From contig PDRY01000014.1 of assembly GCA_002748265.1 (NCBI GenBank), positions 134,418 through 198,417 of the forward strand: a stretch of 64,000 nt of DNA, given 5' to 3'. Positions 49,851 through 59,306 of this stretch are shown here, one piece after another. This stretch comes from Rhodobacterales bacterium (GTDB lineage Bacteria > Pseudomonadota > Alphaproteobacteria > Rhodobacterales > Rhodobacteraceae). Both the position numbers and the translations under genes were made by a program. The notes under the pieces are model-generated. The model saw only the letters and a list, made by a program, of their open reading frames with translations, did not search any database and was not told the DNA's origin. Each line of letters begins with the position of its first letter. Positions within the stretch are counted from its first letter, which is position 1.

Positions 49851-51361
49851 AGATCTGGCTGTCTCAGGATGCAAGCGCCAAGGCCCTGGGTGCGGAGCAG
49901 GTCGCAGCCGCGATCCGCGACAGTGCCCCGGAGGCCGCCCTGACCCGCACCGGATCGCGCGGGATGGTCTGGCTGGAGCCCCTGCTGGAGATCGAGATCG
50001 ACGGCACCCGCCACGCCTTTGGCCCGATGGAGCCCCATGAGATCCCCGGCCTGCTGAACGACCCGGAGGGCCATGCCAAGGCTCTGGGCCCGACGGAGGA
50101 GATCCCGTTCTTTGCGCGGCAGAACCGCCTGACCTTCGCCCGCTGCGGTGTGATCGACCCGCTTTCGCTGGCCGATTACGAGGCCCATGGCGGGCTTACC
50201 GGCCTGCGCCGCGCGCTTGGCATGATCCCGGAATGCGTGGTCGATGAGGTCAAGGTCTCCGGCCTGCGGGGCCGCGGCGGAGCGGGTTTCCCGACCGGCA
50301 TCAAATGGGACACCGTGCGGCTTGCCCCCGCCGATCAGCGCTACATCGTCTGCAACGCCGATGAAGGCGACAGCGGCACCTTTGCCGACCGGATGATCAT
50401 CGAGGGCGATCCGTTCTCCTTGATCGAGGGCATGGCCATCGCGGGTCACGGGGTCGGCGCGACCAAAGGGTATGTCTATCTGCGCAGCGAATATCCCGAC
50501 GCGATTGCGGTGCTTGAGGATGCGATCCAGATCGCCCGTGCCGCCGGGCTGCTGGGCACGGATGTGCTGGGCTCGGGCGTGGTGTTCGATATGGAGGTTC
50601 GCGTCGGCGCCGGGGCCTATATCTGCGGAGAAGAGACCTCGCTGCTCAATTCGATGGAGGGCAAGCGCGCCGTGGTGCGGGCGAAGCCGCCGCTGCCTGC
50701 TCTGGAAGGGTTCCTGGGCCGCCCGACCGTGGTGAACAATGTGCTGAGCCTCGCCACCGTGCCGGTGATCTTTGAGAAAGGCGCCGCGCATTACGCCAGC
50801 TTTGGGCTGGGCCGGTCCAAGGGCACGATGCCGGTGCAGATCGCGGGCAATGTCGCGCGCGGCGGGCTGTTTGAAATGGCGTTCGGCCTGCCTTTGGGTG
50901 AGCTGGTGAACGATGTCGCGGGCGGCACCGCGACGGGGCGGCCGGTGAAGGCGGTGCAGGTGGGCGGGCCTTTGGGCGCCTATTTCGCGCCGGAGCAGTT
51001 CGACACCGCCTTCGGCTATGAGGAGTTCGACGGTGCGGGCGGGCTGATCGGCCATGCCGGGATCACGGTGTTTGACGACAGCGTAGACATGGCTGCGATG
51101 GCCCGCTTTGCGATGGAATTCTGCGCGATAGAGAGTTGCGGCAAATGCACCCCCTGCCGGATCGGAGCCGTGCGCGGGGTCGAAGTGATCGACCGCATGA
51201 TCGGCGGCGATGAGGAGGCCGCGCATATCCTCACCGATCTGTGCGAGACGATGAAGGATGGCTCGCTCTGCGCGCTTGGCGGGTTCACGCCTTACCCGGT
51301 GATGTCGGCGCTGACGCTCTATCCCGAAGATTTCGCGCCCAAGCGGGAGGCGGCGGAGTGA
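49847..51361 (+). CDS. fdsB: NAD-dependent formate dehydrogenase beta subunit (NuoF-like, FMN/NAD/4Fe-4S)
   Basis: GLRGRGGAGFPTGIKW (FMN/NAD site) and ESCGKCTPCR (4Fe-4S) give a NuoF-like core with an N-terminal extension. Confidence 0.9.
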   Translation: MKIWLSQDASAKALGAEQVAAAIRDSAPEAALTRTGSRGMVWLEPLLEIEIDGTRHAFGPMEPHEIPGLLNDPEGHAKALGPTEEIPFFARQNRLTFARCGVIDPLSLADYEAHGGLTGLRRALGMIPECVVDEVKVSGLRGRGGAGFPTGIKWDTVRLAPADQRYIVCNADEGDSGTFADRMIIEGDPFSLIEGMAIAGHGVGATKGYVYLRSEYPDAIAVLEDAIQIARAAGLLGTDVLGSGVVFDMEVRVGAGAYICGEETSLLNSMEGKRAVVRAKPPLPALEGFLGRPTVVNNVLSLATVPVIFEKGAAHYASFGLGRSKGTMPVQIAGNVARGGLFEMAFGLPLGELVNDVAGGTATGRPVKAVQVGGPLGAYFAPEQFDTAFGYEEFDGAGGLIGHAGITVFDDSVDMAAMARFAMEFCAIESCGKCTPCRIGAVRGVEVIDRMIGGDEEAAHILTDLCETMKDGSLCALGGFTPYPVMSALTLYPEDFAPKREAAE

Positions 51362-51557
51362 TGGCGGAGCTTCGAGGCAAAAGGGCCGCGCCCGACCCTG
51401 GGAGGGCGCATTCGGACCAGCTGGTCTGTGCCGTTTATTTGGAAAGCCCGCGTGACGCGCGTGCTGTGCATGACATCGCCAAAGCGCCCTCCCGGGGGGA
51501 GGGTCGGGCGCGGCCCGGGCTGGTCGCCCGTGCCATGAGCGGATCGGAGATCACACC

Positions 51558-54437
51558 ATGAAAGATTTCATCATCCCCTGGGACGACGACCGCGACATGG
51601 GCACTCCCGCCCGCACCGGCAAACCCGTCACCCTGACCATCGACGGGGCCGAAGTGACCGTGCCCGAAGGCACCTCCATCATGCGCGCTGCCGCCATGAT
51701 GGGCACCCAGATCCCCAAGCTCTGCGCCACGGACAGCGTCGAGGCGTTCGGATCGTGCCGCCTGTGCCTGGTTGAGATCGAAGGCCGCCGGGGCACCCCG
51801 GCCTCCTGCACCACGCCGGTCCATCCCGGCATGGTCGTTCGCACCCAGTCCGAAAAGGTCCGCCGCATCCGCAAGGGGGTGATGGAGCTCTATATCTCCG
51901 ATCATCCGCTCGATTGTCTGACCTGCGCCGCCAATGGGGATTGCGAGCTTCAGGACATGGCCGGCGCCGTGGGCCTGCGCGACGTGCGCTATCAGCCGAA
52001 AGACACCCATTTCGAGCCCCGCCAGAACGGTGAGGCCAATCCGCTCTTTATCCCGAAGGATGAGAGCAACCCGTATTTCACCTATGATCCCAGCAAATGC
52101 ATCGTGTGCTCCCGCTGTGTGCGGGCCTGCGAAGAAGTGCAGGGCACCTTCGCGCTGACCATCGAAGGCCGGGGCTTTGATAGCCGCGTATCCGCGGGGG
52201 CGGGCTGGGACGATTTCCTGTCATCGGATTGCGTGTCCTGCGGGGCCTGCGTGCAGGCCTGCCCGACCGCCACCTTGCAGGAGAAATCGGTGATCGAGCT
52301 GGGCACCCCCGACCAGTCCGTCATCACCACCTGCGCCTATTGCGGCGTTGGCTGTTCCTTCAAGGCCGAGATGCAGGGCGACGATCTGGTCCGCATGGTG
52401 CCGTTCAAGAACGGCCCCGCCAATCGGGGCCACAGCTGTGTGAAGGGGCGCTTTGCCACGGGCTATGCCAACCACCCGGATCGCATCCTGAACCCGATGA
52501 TCCGCGACAGCATTGACCAGCCCTGGCGCGAGGTGTCGTGGAAAGAGGCTTTGTCCTTTGCGGCCCGGCGCCTGCGCGGCATTCAGGAGCAGCACGGGAC
52601 GCGCTCCATCGGCGTGATTACGTCGTCGCGCTGCACCAACGAAGAGACGTTCCTCGTCCAGAAGCTGGCCCGCGCGGTGTTTGGCAACAACAATACCGAC
52701 ACCTGTGCACGCGTGTGCCATTCTCCGACCGGCTATGGGCTGGGCCAGACCTTTGGGACATCCGCCGGGACGCAGGATTTCGATTCGGTGGAGCACACCG
52801 ATGTCGTGATCCTGATCGGGGCCAACCCGACGGACGCGCACCCGGTCTTTGGTTCGCGCCTGAAAAAGCGCCTGCGCGACGGAGCCAGGATTATCGTGAT
52901 CGACCCGCGCCGGATCGACCTGGTGAAATCGCCTCATATCGAGGCCGCCCACCACCTGCCTTTGCGTCCCGGCACGAATGTGGCGGTGGTGACGGCTCTG
53001 GCCCATGTGATCGTCACCGAAGGGCTGGCGGATGACGACTTCATCAAGACCCGCTGCGATCTGGACGCCTTTGAGGACTACAAAGCCTTTGTCAGCGATC
53101 CGCGCCACGCGCCCGAAGCGGTCGAGGCGCTGACCGGCGCGCCCGCAGCGGACCTGCGCGCCGCCGCGCGGTGCTTTGCCACCGGCGGCAATGGCGCGAT
53201 CTATTACGGGCTGGGCGTGACGGAGCATTCTCAGGGCTCCACCACCGTGATCGGCATCGCCAACCTCGCCATGCTCACCGGCAATATCGGGCGCCCCGGC
53301 GTGGGGGTGAACCCGCTGCGGGGGCAGAACAATGTGCAGGGCTCCTGCGATATGGGATCCTTCCCCCATGAGCTGCCCGGCTATCGCCACGTGAAGGGCC
53401 CCGAAGTGCGCGCGATCTTCGAAGAGGCCTGGGGCGTGACCATCGACCCGGAGCCGGGCCTGCGCATTCCCAACATGCTGGACGCCGCCGTGGATGGCAC
53501 GTTCAAGGGGCTCTATTGCCAGGGTGAAGACATCCTGCAATCCGATCCCGACACGCATCACGTTGCCGCCGGTCTGGCCGCGATGGACTGTGTGATCGTC
53601 CATGACCTGTTTCTGAACGAAACCGCCAATTACGCCCATGTCTTCCTGCCCGGATCGACCTTCCTGGAGAAGGACGGGACCTTCACCAACGCGGAGCGCC
53701 GCATCAACCGCGTGCGCAAAGTGATGGCGCCCAAGGCGGGGCTGGCCGATTGGGAGGTCACGCAGGCTCTGGCCAAGGCCATGGGGGCGGATTGGGGCTA
53801 CACCCACCCGCGCGAGATCATGGCCGAGATCGCCGCCACCACCTCCAGCTTTGCGGGGGTCAGCTATGAGCTTCTTGATGAAAAGGGCTCGATCCAGTGG
53901 CCGTGCAACGACGCACAGCCGAACGGCACGCCTTTGATGCATGTGGATGGGTTCGTGCGCGGCAAGGGGCGGTTCATCGTGACCGAATATGTCGCCACCG
54001 ATGAAAAGACCGGCCCGCGCTTTCCGCTCCTGCTCACCACCGGGCGCATCCTGTCGCAGTATAACGTTGGCGCTCAGACCCGGCGGACGGAGAACACCGC
54101 CTGGCACGATGAGGATGTGTTGGAGATCCACCCCCATGATGCCGAACTGCGCGGCGTGAAGGAGGGGGATTGGGTCAAGCTGGCCAGCCGGGCCGGGGAA
54201 ACCAGCCTGCGCGCGAAGATCACGGATCGGGTCAGTCCGGGCGTGGTCTACACGACCTTCCACCACCCTGACACGCAGGCCAATGTCATCACCACCGACT
54301 ATTCCGACTGGGCCACGAATTGCCCGGAATACAAGGTGACGGCGGTGCAGGTGGGGCTGTCGAACGGCCCGACCGAATGGCAGGAGGACTACCGCGCCCA
54401 GGCGGAGCGCTCGCGCCGGATCGACGCCGCCGAATGA
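51558..54437 (+). CDS. fdsA: NAD-dependent formate dehydrogenase alpha subunit (Mo-bisMGD catalytic subunit)
   Basis: It has N-terminal 2Fe-2S/4Fe-4S ferredoxin-like cysteine clusters (CRLCLVEIEG; CLTCAANGDCELQ; CIVCSRCVRACEE; CVSCGACVQACP). These are followed by a molybdopterin oxidoreductase domain (CAYCGVGC) and a C-terminal MGD-binding domain. The length is 959 aa. Confidence 0.92.
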   Translation: MKDFIIPWDDDRDMGTPARTGKPVTLTIDGAEVTVPEGTSIMRAAAMMGTQIPKLCATDSVEAFGSCRLCLVEIEGRRGTPASCTTPVHPGMVVRTQSEKVRRIRKGVMELYISDHPLDCLTCAANGDCELQDMAGAVGLRDVRYQPKDTHFEPRQNGEANPLFIPKDESNPYFTYDPSKCIVCSRCVRACEEVQGTFALTIEGRGFDSRVSAGAGWDDFLSSDCVSCGACVQACPTATLQEKSVIELGTPDQSVITTCAYCGVGCSFKAEMQGDDLVRMVPFKNGPANRGHSCVKGRFATGYANHPDRILNPMIRDSIDQPWREVSWKEALSFAARRLRGIQEQHGTRSIGVITSSRCTNEETFLVQKLARAVFGNNNTDTCARVCHSPTGYGLGQTFGTSAGTQDFDSVEHTDVVILIGANPTDAHPVFGSRLKKRLRDGARIIVIDPRRIDLVKSPHIEAAHHLPLRPGTNVAVVTALAHVIVTEGLADDDFIKTRCDLDAFEDYKAFVSDPRHAPEAVEALTGAPAADLRAAARCFATGGNGAIYYGLGVTEHSQGSTTVIGIANLAMLTGNIGRPGVGVNPLRGQNNVQGSCDMGSFPHELPGYRHVKGPEVRAIFEEAWGVTIDPEPGLRIPNMLDAAVDGTFKGLYCQGEDILQSDPDTHHVAAGLAAMDCVIVHDLFLNETANYAHVFLPGSTFLEKDGTFTNAERRINRVRKVMAPKAGLADWEVTQALAKAMGADWGYTHPREIMAEIAATTSSFAGVSYELLDEKGSIQWPCNDAQPNGTPLMHVDGFVRGKGRFIVTEYVATDEKTGPRFPLLLTTGRILSQYNVGAQTRRTENTAWHDEDVLEIHPHDAELRGVKEGDWVKLASRAGETSLRAKITDRVSPGVVYTTFHHPDTQANVITTDYSDWATNCPEYKVTAVQVGLSNGPTEWQEDYRAQAERSRRIDAAE

Positions 54438-55204
54438 GCCTTCCGACCGCCCGCATTGCCCTGTCCGATGGGCCGCGCACCCTGCCGCAGGAGACCCCCG
54501 TGGCCATGGTGTTCGATGGCGTGACCCATGCCGTGATGATGGCCTCTCCCGCCGATCTGGAGGATTTCGCGGTGGGCTTTGCCCTGACCGAGGGGATCAT
54601 CACCGCCCGCGATGAGATCACCGAGCTGGAGCTGGTGCCCCAGCCGGACGGGATCGAGGCCCGGATGTGGCTGGCGATGGATCGTAGTGCGGCGCTGACG
54701 GCGCGGCGCCGGACGCTGGCCGGGGCGGTCGGCTGCGGGATGTGCGGGCTCGACAGCCTCGCCGCTGCCAACCGCGATCTGCCGCAGGTGGGCGGGTCGC
54801 TGCGCCTGACCCGTGCGCAGGTGGCCGGGGCGCTTGACCTGCTTCACACTGCCCAGCCTTTGCAGGATGCAACCCGCGCCGTCCACGCAGCCGGGTTCCT
54901 GACCCCGGATGGCGCCATGACCGTGCGCGAGGATGTCGGGCGGCACAACGCTCTGGACAAGTTGATCGGTGCGCTGCTGAGGGCCGGGATGGACCCGGCG
55001 GGCGGGGCCATCGTCATCACCAGCCGCGTGTCGGTCGAGATGGTCCAAAAGACGGCCATGGCCGGAAGCCCCATCCTGATCGCCGCCTCTGCCCCCACCA
55101 GCTATGCGCTGTCGCTGGCCGAAGGTGCGGGGATCACGCTGGCCGCCTCCGCGCGGGGCGCGACATTCGACCTTTTCACCCATCCCAACCGGATCGAGGA
55201 CTGA
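54434..55204 (+). CDS. fdhD: Formate dehydrogenase accessory sulfurtransferase FdhD (FdsC)
   Basis: It has FdhD family sequence with the active cysteine motif GCGMCG. The ATG overlaps the fdsA stop (ATGA). Confidence 0.88.
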   Translation: MSLPTARIALSDGPRTLPQETPVAMVFDGVTHAVMMASPADLEDFAVGFALTEGIITARDEITELELVPQPDGIEARMWLAMDRSAALTARRRTLAGAVGCGMCGLDSLAAANRDLPQVGGSLRLTRAQVAGALDLLHTAQPLQDATRAVHAAGFLTPDGAMTVREDVGRHNALDKLIGALLRAGMDPAGGAIVITSRVSVEMVQKTAMAGSPILIAASAPTSYALSLAEGAGITLAASARGATFDLFTHPNRIED

Positions 55205-55205
55205 C

Positions 55206-55421
55206 ATGGACCACGCCAAGATGATCCGCATGGCGAATCAGATCGCCACGTTCTTCCGCTCTCAGCCGGAGGGAGACCGGGTTGACCGGGTCGCGGCGCA
55301 TATCAACGATTTCTGGGAACCCCGGATGCGCGCGCAGCTTCTGGCTCATCTGGATGCGGGCGGCGCCGGGCTGGATGATCTGGTTGTGCGGGGTGCCGAT
55401 CAGATTCGGACACCCGCCTGA
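55206..55421 (+). CDS. fdsD: Formate dehydrogenase delta subunit FdsD
   Basis: It is a 71-aa protein (MDHAKMIRMANQIATFFRSQPEGDRVDRVAAHINDFWEPRMRAQLL) in the FdsD position, 1 nt after the fdhD stop. Confidence 0.75.
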   Translation: MDHAKMIRMANQIATFFRSQPEGDRVDRVAAHINDFWEPRMRAQLLAHLDAGGAGLDDLVVRGADQIRTPA

Positions 55422-55497
55422 GCAGAGGTGGTTGAAACGGCTCCGCCGGGCCCCACCTACGGATCAGTGATGTTCCACTGACCAGGGGACTGCCCCT

Positions 55498-56700
55498 ATG
55501 AAACGGCTCAAGATGGCGCTGATCGCGCTTGTGGCTCTGGCCTTGGCAGGGATCGCGGCGTTTGCGCTCCTGCGCCCTCCGGCAACTTTCGATGCGCGCG
55601 TCGCCTTCGTGAATGATCTGATCGACAAGGGCGCCCGTGCGGGCACGTGGCCGGGCGTGATGTGGGCCGTGATCCAGGACGGAGAGATCGCCGCAAGCGG
55701 GGCGGGCGGCTTTGCCGATCTGGAGGCGCAGCGGCCGATGACCCCGGACACCACGATGCCCATTGCGTCCATCTCCAAGGTGATCGTCGGCTTGGCCGGG
55801 GCGCAGGCCATTGAAGACGGCGCGTTGGACCCGGATCGCCCGATTACCGATTATCTGAGCTTCTCCCCTGCGTTTCCTGATGGCGCCCCGCGCAGTTTCG
55901 CGCATCTTGCGACCCACACATCGGGCGTGCGGGACAGCGATGCGGGCTACGAGGCGAAGGCGTATCATTTCGGATCTGTCCGCCACCCGGTCGCGCTGCA
56001 GGACTTCCTGGAGAGCTATCTGGCCGCGGGCGGAGCGCTGTTCGACCCGGAGGAGAACTTCACCGGCCTCGCGCCCGGCGCGCAGTATGAATACTCCAAT
56101 GTCGGCGCAGGGCTGGCCGCGCAGGTCATCGCGGATGCCACCGGAGAGGATTTCGGCGCCTACAGCACCCGGACCATCGTGCAGCCCTTGGGTCTTAGCG
56201 GGTTCTGGGGGCCGGAGCGCGAAAGCCCCGGACCGCAGGCTGCCAAGCTTTACACCCGCGGCGACAGCGGCGCGCTGATCCCGTTCGAACCCTATGGTCT
56301 GGCGACCTGGCCGGATGGACAGTTCAACGCCTCAGCGCATGATCTGGCGCGGCTGCTGAGCGCGGTCATCAATGACGGCTCCGTGCCGGATGGCACCGGG
56401 TTGTCGCCCGAAGTCATCGCGCGGCTCACCACGCCGTTGGCCGAGGACGTTCCGGGCATGGGAGCGCCGGGTGATGCGGTCGGCTTGTTCTGGAGCCGCG
56501 AGACCCTGAACCTGATTGTGTTTTCGCTGCGCGGCGAAGGTCACAATGGTGGGGATCCCGGCATTGCGACCTTCATGTATCGCAAGCCCGGAACGGATGA
56601 CGGCTTTGTCGCCATGATGAACACGGAGCCCGACAGCCCCTTGCAGATGCTGCAGGCGATCAGGCTGCTGAACGCCCTGTCCGGGTTTCCTGCGCGCTAG
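55498..56700 (+). CDS. Serine hydrolase (beta-lactamase/PBP4-like, class C fold), exported
   Basis: It has a signal peptide, an S-x-x-K motif (ASISKVIVG), and a Y-x-N-like motif (YEYSNVG). Confidence 0.78.
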   Translation: MKRLKMALIALVALALAGIAAFALLRPPATFDARVAFVNDLIDKGARAGTWPGVMWAVIQDGEIAASGAGGFADLEAQRPMTPDTTMPIASISKVIVGLAGAQAIEDGALDPDRPITDYLSFSPAFPDGAPRSFAHLATHTSGVRDSDAGYEAKAYHFGSVRHPVALQDFLESYLAAGGALFDPEENFTGLAPGAQYEYSNVGAGLAAQVIADATGEDFGAYSTRTIVQPLGLSGFWGPERESPGPQAAKLYTRGDSGALIPFEPYGLATWPDGQFNASAHDLARLLSAVINDGSVPDGTGLSPEVIARLTTPLAEDVPGMGAPGDAVGLFWSRETLNLIVFSLRGEGHNGGDPGIATFMYRKPGTDDGFVAMMNTEPDSPLQMLQAIRLLNALSGFPAR

Positions 56701-56739
56701 AGGCTTGCGCTGACGGACGCGCCCGCCCAAGCTGAAACC

Positions 56740-57168
56740 ATGGAGTTCATTGGCGCCAAGCTTGCCCTGTTCATCGGAAACCGGCTGCCGCTGATCCGGC
56801 GCGATGACCGGCCCGATATTCCCTTCCCCGACCACTGGGATTTTCCCGGAGGCGGGCGCGAAGGGCGCGAAACCCCATGGCAGACCGCCGCGCGGGAAAC
56901 GTTCGAGGAACTGTCGCTGGACTTGAGCGGTGTTGATCCAAGCTGGCACATGGAGAGCGAAGCCGCCCATCTGCCCGGCGCGCGTGTGCATTTCTTTGTC
57001 GCGCATCTTCCCGAAGCGGCGCGGGCGCAGATCCGGCTGGGCGATGAGGGGCAGGAATGGCGGCTGTTCTCTGCGCGCGAATTGCTGGAGCTTCCGAAAA
57101 CCGTTCCCTCTCAGATCGAACGCCTGCGGCTTTATCTGGCGCGCGGGGCTGGCAGCGCCTATCTATAG
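56740..57168 (+). CDS. NUDIX hydrolase
   Basis: It has the NUDIX box GGGREGRETPWQTAARETFEELSL. Confidence 0.75.
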   Translation: MEFIGAKLALFIGNRLPLIRRDDRPDIPFPDHWDFPGGGREGRETPWQTAARETFEELSLDLSGVDPSWHMESEAAHLPGARVHFFVAHLPEAARAQIRLGDEGQEWRLFSARELLELPKTVPSQIERLRLYLARGAGSAYL

Positions 57169-57199
57169 GGCAACGATTTCAGGATAAGGGTCCGCCTTC

Positions 57200-58075
57200 A
57201 TGGAAGACTTCATCGGTCAGAATTCGGTTCTGCTGTTCCTTGCCGCGTTCATTTTTGTTGCGATCATGCTGGGCGTGCGGATCGTGCCGCAGTCGGAAAA
57301 ACATGTGGTCGAACGCTTCGGACGTCTGCGCAAGGTGCTGGGGCCGGGCATCAACTTTATTGTGCCGTTCCTGGACCGCGTGGCGCATAAGATCTCCATC
57401 CTTGAGCGGCAGTTGCCGACCCACAGCCAGGACGCGATCACCAGCGACAACGTGCTGGTGGAGGTCGAAACCTCTGTATTTTACCGCATCCTCGAGCCGG
57501 AAAAGACGGTCTACCGGATTCGCGACGTGGACGGCGCGATTGAAACCACCGTTGCCGGGATTGTCCGGGCCGAGATCGGCAAGATGGAGCTCGACGAAGT
57601 GCAATCCAACCGCGCGCAGCTGATCGGGGCGATCAAGGAACACCTGGAAGCGCAGGTGGACGATTGGGGGATCGAGGTGACGCGCACCGAGATCCTCGAT
57701 GTGAACCTGGATGAGGCGACCCGTGCAGCCATGCTTCAGCAGCTTAATGCCGAACGGGCCCGCCGGGCGCAGGTCACCGAGGCCGAAGGCCAGAAGCGCG
57801 CTGTCGAGCTGGCCGCCGACGCGGAGCTTTACGCCGCCGAGCAGACCGCGAAAGCGCGACGCATCGCGGCAGAGGCCGAGGCCTACGCGACTGAGGTCGT
57901 GGCGGAGGCCATTGCCAAGAACGGGCTAGAAGCGGCGCAGTATCAGGTCGCCCTGAAACAGGTCGAGGCGCTCAACAAGTTGGGCGAAGGGCAGGGCAGC
58001 CAGACCATCGTTGTGCCCGCCAATGCGATGGAAGCCTTTGGCGACGCGTTCAAGATGCTGAAAGGGCGCTCGTAA
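57200..58075 (+). CDS. SPFH/band-7 (stomatin-like) protein
   Basis: It has an N-terminal TM and an SPFH domain (VERFGRLRKVLGPGINFIVPFLDRV...SDNVLVEVETSVFYRI), with a C-terminal coiled coil. Confidence 0.88.
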   Translation: MEDFIGQNSVLLFLAAFIFVAIMLGVRIVPQSEKHVVERFGRLRKVLGPGINFIVPFLDRVAHKISILERQLPTHSQDAITSDNVLVEVETSVFYRILEPEKTVYRIRDVDGAIETTVAGIVRAEIGKMELDEVQSNRAQLIGAIKEHLEAQVDDWGIEVTRTEILDVNLDEATRAAMLQQLNAERARRAQVTEAEGQKRAVELAADAELYAAEQTAKARRIAAEAEAYATEVVAEAIAKNGLEAAQYQVALKQVEALNKLGEGQGSQTIVVPANAMEAFGDAFKMLKGRS

Positions 58076-58347
58076 TGTTGTGGTCTGCGTGGTGGGTCTG
58101 GGCCGTGGCCGCTTTGGCCAGCGGCATTCTGGAAATGCTGGTTCCCGGCTATTTCTTCCTGGGCTTCGCGGTCGGCGCGGCTGTGGTCGCGCTTGGCCTG
58201 GCGGCTGGGCTGGGGCCGTTCAGCCTGCCGATCCTGCTGGTGATCTTCGCGGTGCTGTCGCTGATCGCGTTCCTGGCGCTACGGCGGGTGTTTCCCGATT
58301 CCAGCGGCAGCGTGAAGATCTGGACCGACGACATCAACGACGGGTGA
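58075..58347 (+). CDS. NfeD-like short membrane protein (stomatin operon partner)
   Basis: It is 90 aa with two or three TM helices and a short C-terminal beta region. It is translationally coupled to the SPFH gene (TAATG overlap). Confidence 0.7.
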   Translation: MLWSAWWVWAVAALASGILEMLVPGYFFLGFAVGAAVVALGLAAGLGPFSLPILLVIFAVLSLIAFLALRRVFPDSSGSVKIWTDDINDG

Positions 58348-58393
58348 GGGCAGTCGCCGCCTCTTGGGCGGGCGCTGCCCGTTGCCGTCTCGC

Positions 58394-59110
58394 TTAACTG
58401 TTCGCTCGCTGAGCCTGCGGGGAGTTCATTTCCGCGACAACGGCCTGCGCCGCGGCTTTCGGGTCCGGGGCGCGGTGGATCGGGCGGCCGACCACCACAT
58501 GATCGGCGCCCGCCGCGATGGCCTGGGCCGGGGTCATCACCCGTTTCTGATCGCCCAGATCGGCGCCTGCCGGGCGCACGCCGGGGGTCACGATCAGCTT
58601 GCCCTCGGCTTCGGGCAGGGCGCGGATCAGCGCGGCCTCCTGCGGGGAGCAGATCACCCCGTCCGCGCCATTGGATAGCGCGATGCCCGCACGCTCCTGC
58701 ACCAGATCGGTGATGTCGCCGGGCTTGATCAAAGACGCGTCCAGATCAGCCCGATCCAGAGAGGTCAGGATCGTCACGGCAAGGATCTTGAGATCCTTTC
58801 CGCCCGCGCCTTCCTTGGCCGCGCGCACGACATGGGGGTCGCCATGGACCGTCAGGAAATCCAGATCGAACTGCGCCAGCCCGCGCACCGCGGCTTCGAC
58901 TGTGGCGCCGATATCGAACAGCTTCATGTCCAGGAAGATGCGCTTTCCGTGCTCGGCCTTCAGCTCATTCGCGAGCGCAAGCCCGCCGCCGGTCAGCATC
59001 CCCAGCCCGATCTTGTAGAAGGACACGGCATCCCCCAGCGTTTCGGCAAGCTGGAGCCCTTCGAGTGCGTTGGGCACATCGAGGGCGACGATCAGGCGGT
59101 CATCGGACAT
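58394..59110 (-). CDS. pyrF: Orotidine 5'-phosphate decarboxylase
   Basis: MSDDRLIVALDVPN...IFLDMKLFDIGATV...VTPGVRP is the PyrF signature. The start at 59110 was chosen; the upstream extension in the track ORF is non-homologous. Confidence 0.92.
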   Translation of the reverse strand: MSDDRLIVALDVPNALEGLQLAETLGDAVSFYKIGLGMLTGGGLALANELKAEHGKRIFLDMKLFDIGATVEAAVRGLAQFDLDFLTVHGDPHVVRAAKEGAGGKDLKILAVTILTSLDRADLDASLIKPGDITDLVQERAGIALSNGADGVICSPQEAALIRALPEAEGKLIVTPGVRPAGADLGDQKRVMTPAQAIAAGADHVVVGRPIHRAPDPKAAAQAVVAEMNSPQAQRANS

Positions 59111-59201
59111 TTGGGCTCTCCTTATATATAGCGCGCTTTTTTCCCAGCCTTGCGAAAGCGTCAAGCGGTCGTAGCATTGCGTGGACAATCTTGCGCAGCC
59201 T

Positions 59202-59230
59202 CTTGGCAGAACACAGGGTGGTGCCCATAT
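59202..59230 (+). promoter_or_regulatory. Sigma-32 (RpoH)-type heat-shock promoter for clpB
   Basis: CTTG at 59202-59205 and CCCATAT at 59224-59230 match the alphaproteobacterial sigma-32 consensus (CTTG-N17/18-CYTATNT). The motif lies ~75 nt upstream of the clpB ATG. Confidence 0.55.
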
Positions 59231-59306
59231 GTCACAGTGAGGCCCGCATGGGCCGCTGTGCCGAATGCGGGCGGCGGCGAAGACGGGTGCTAAAAGGAGA
59301 GACGAC

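Noticed and set aside
51241-51561. A 106-aa ORF overlapping the fdsB 3' end.
   Set aside because: The 5' two-fifths overlap fdsB in another frame. Only the 51361..51561 portion is considered, as a low-confidence finding.
52221-54266. A 681-aa minus-strand ORF opposite fdsA.
   Set aside because: It is antisense to the formate dehydrogenase alpha subunit and is a GC-driven open frame.
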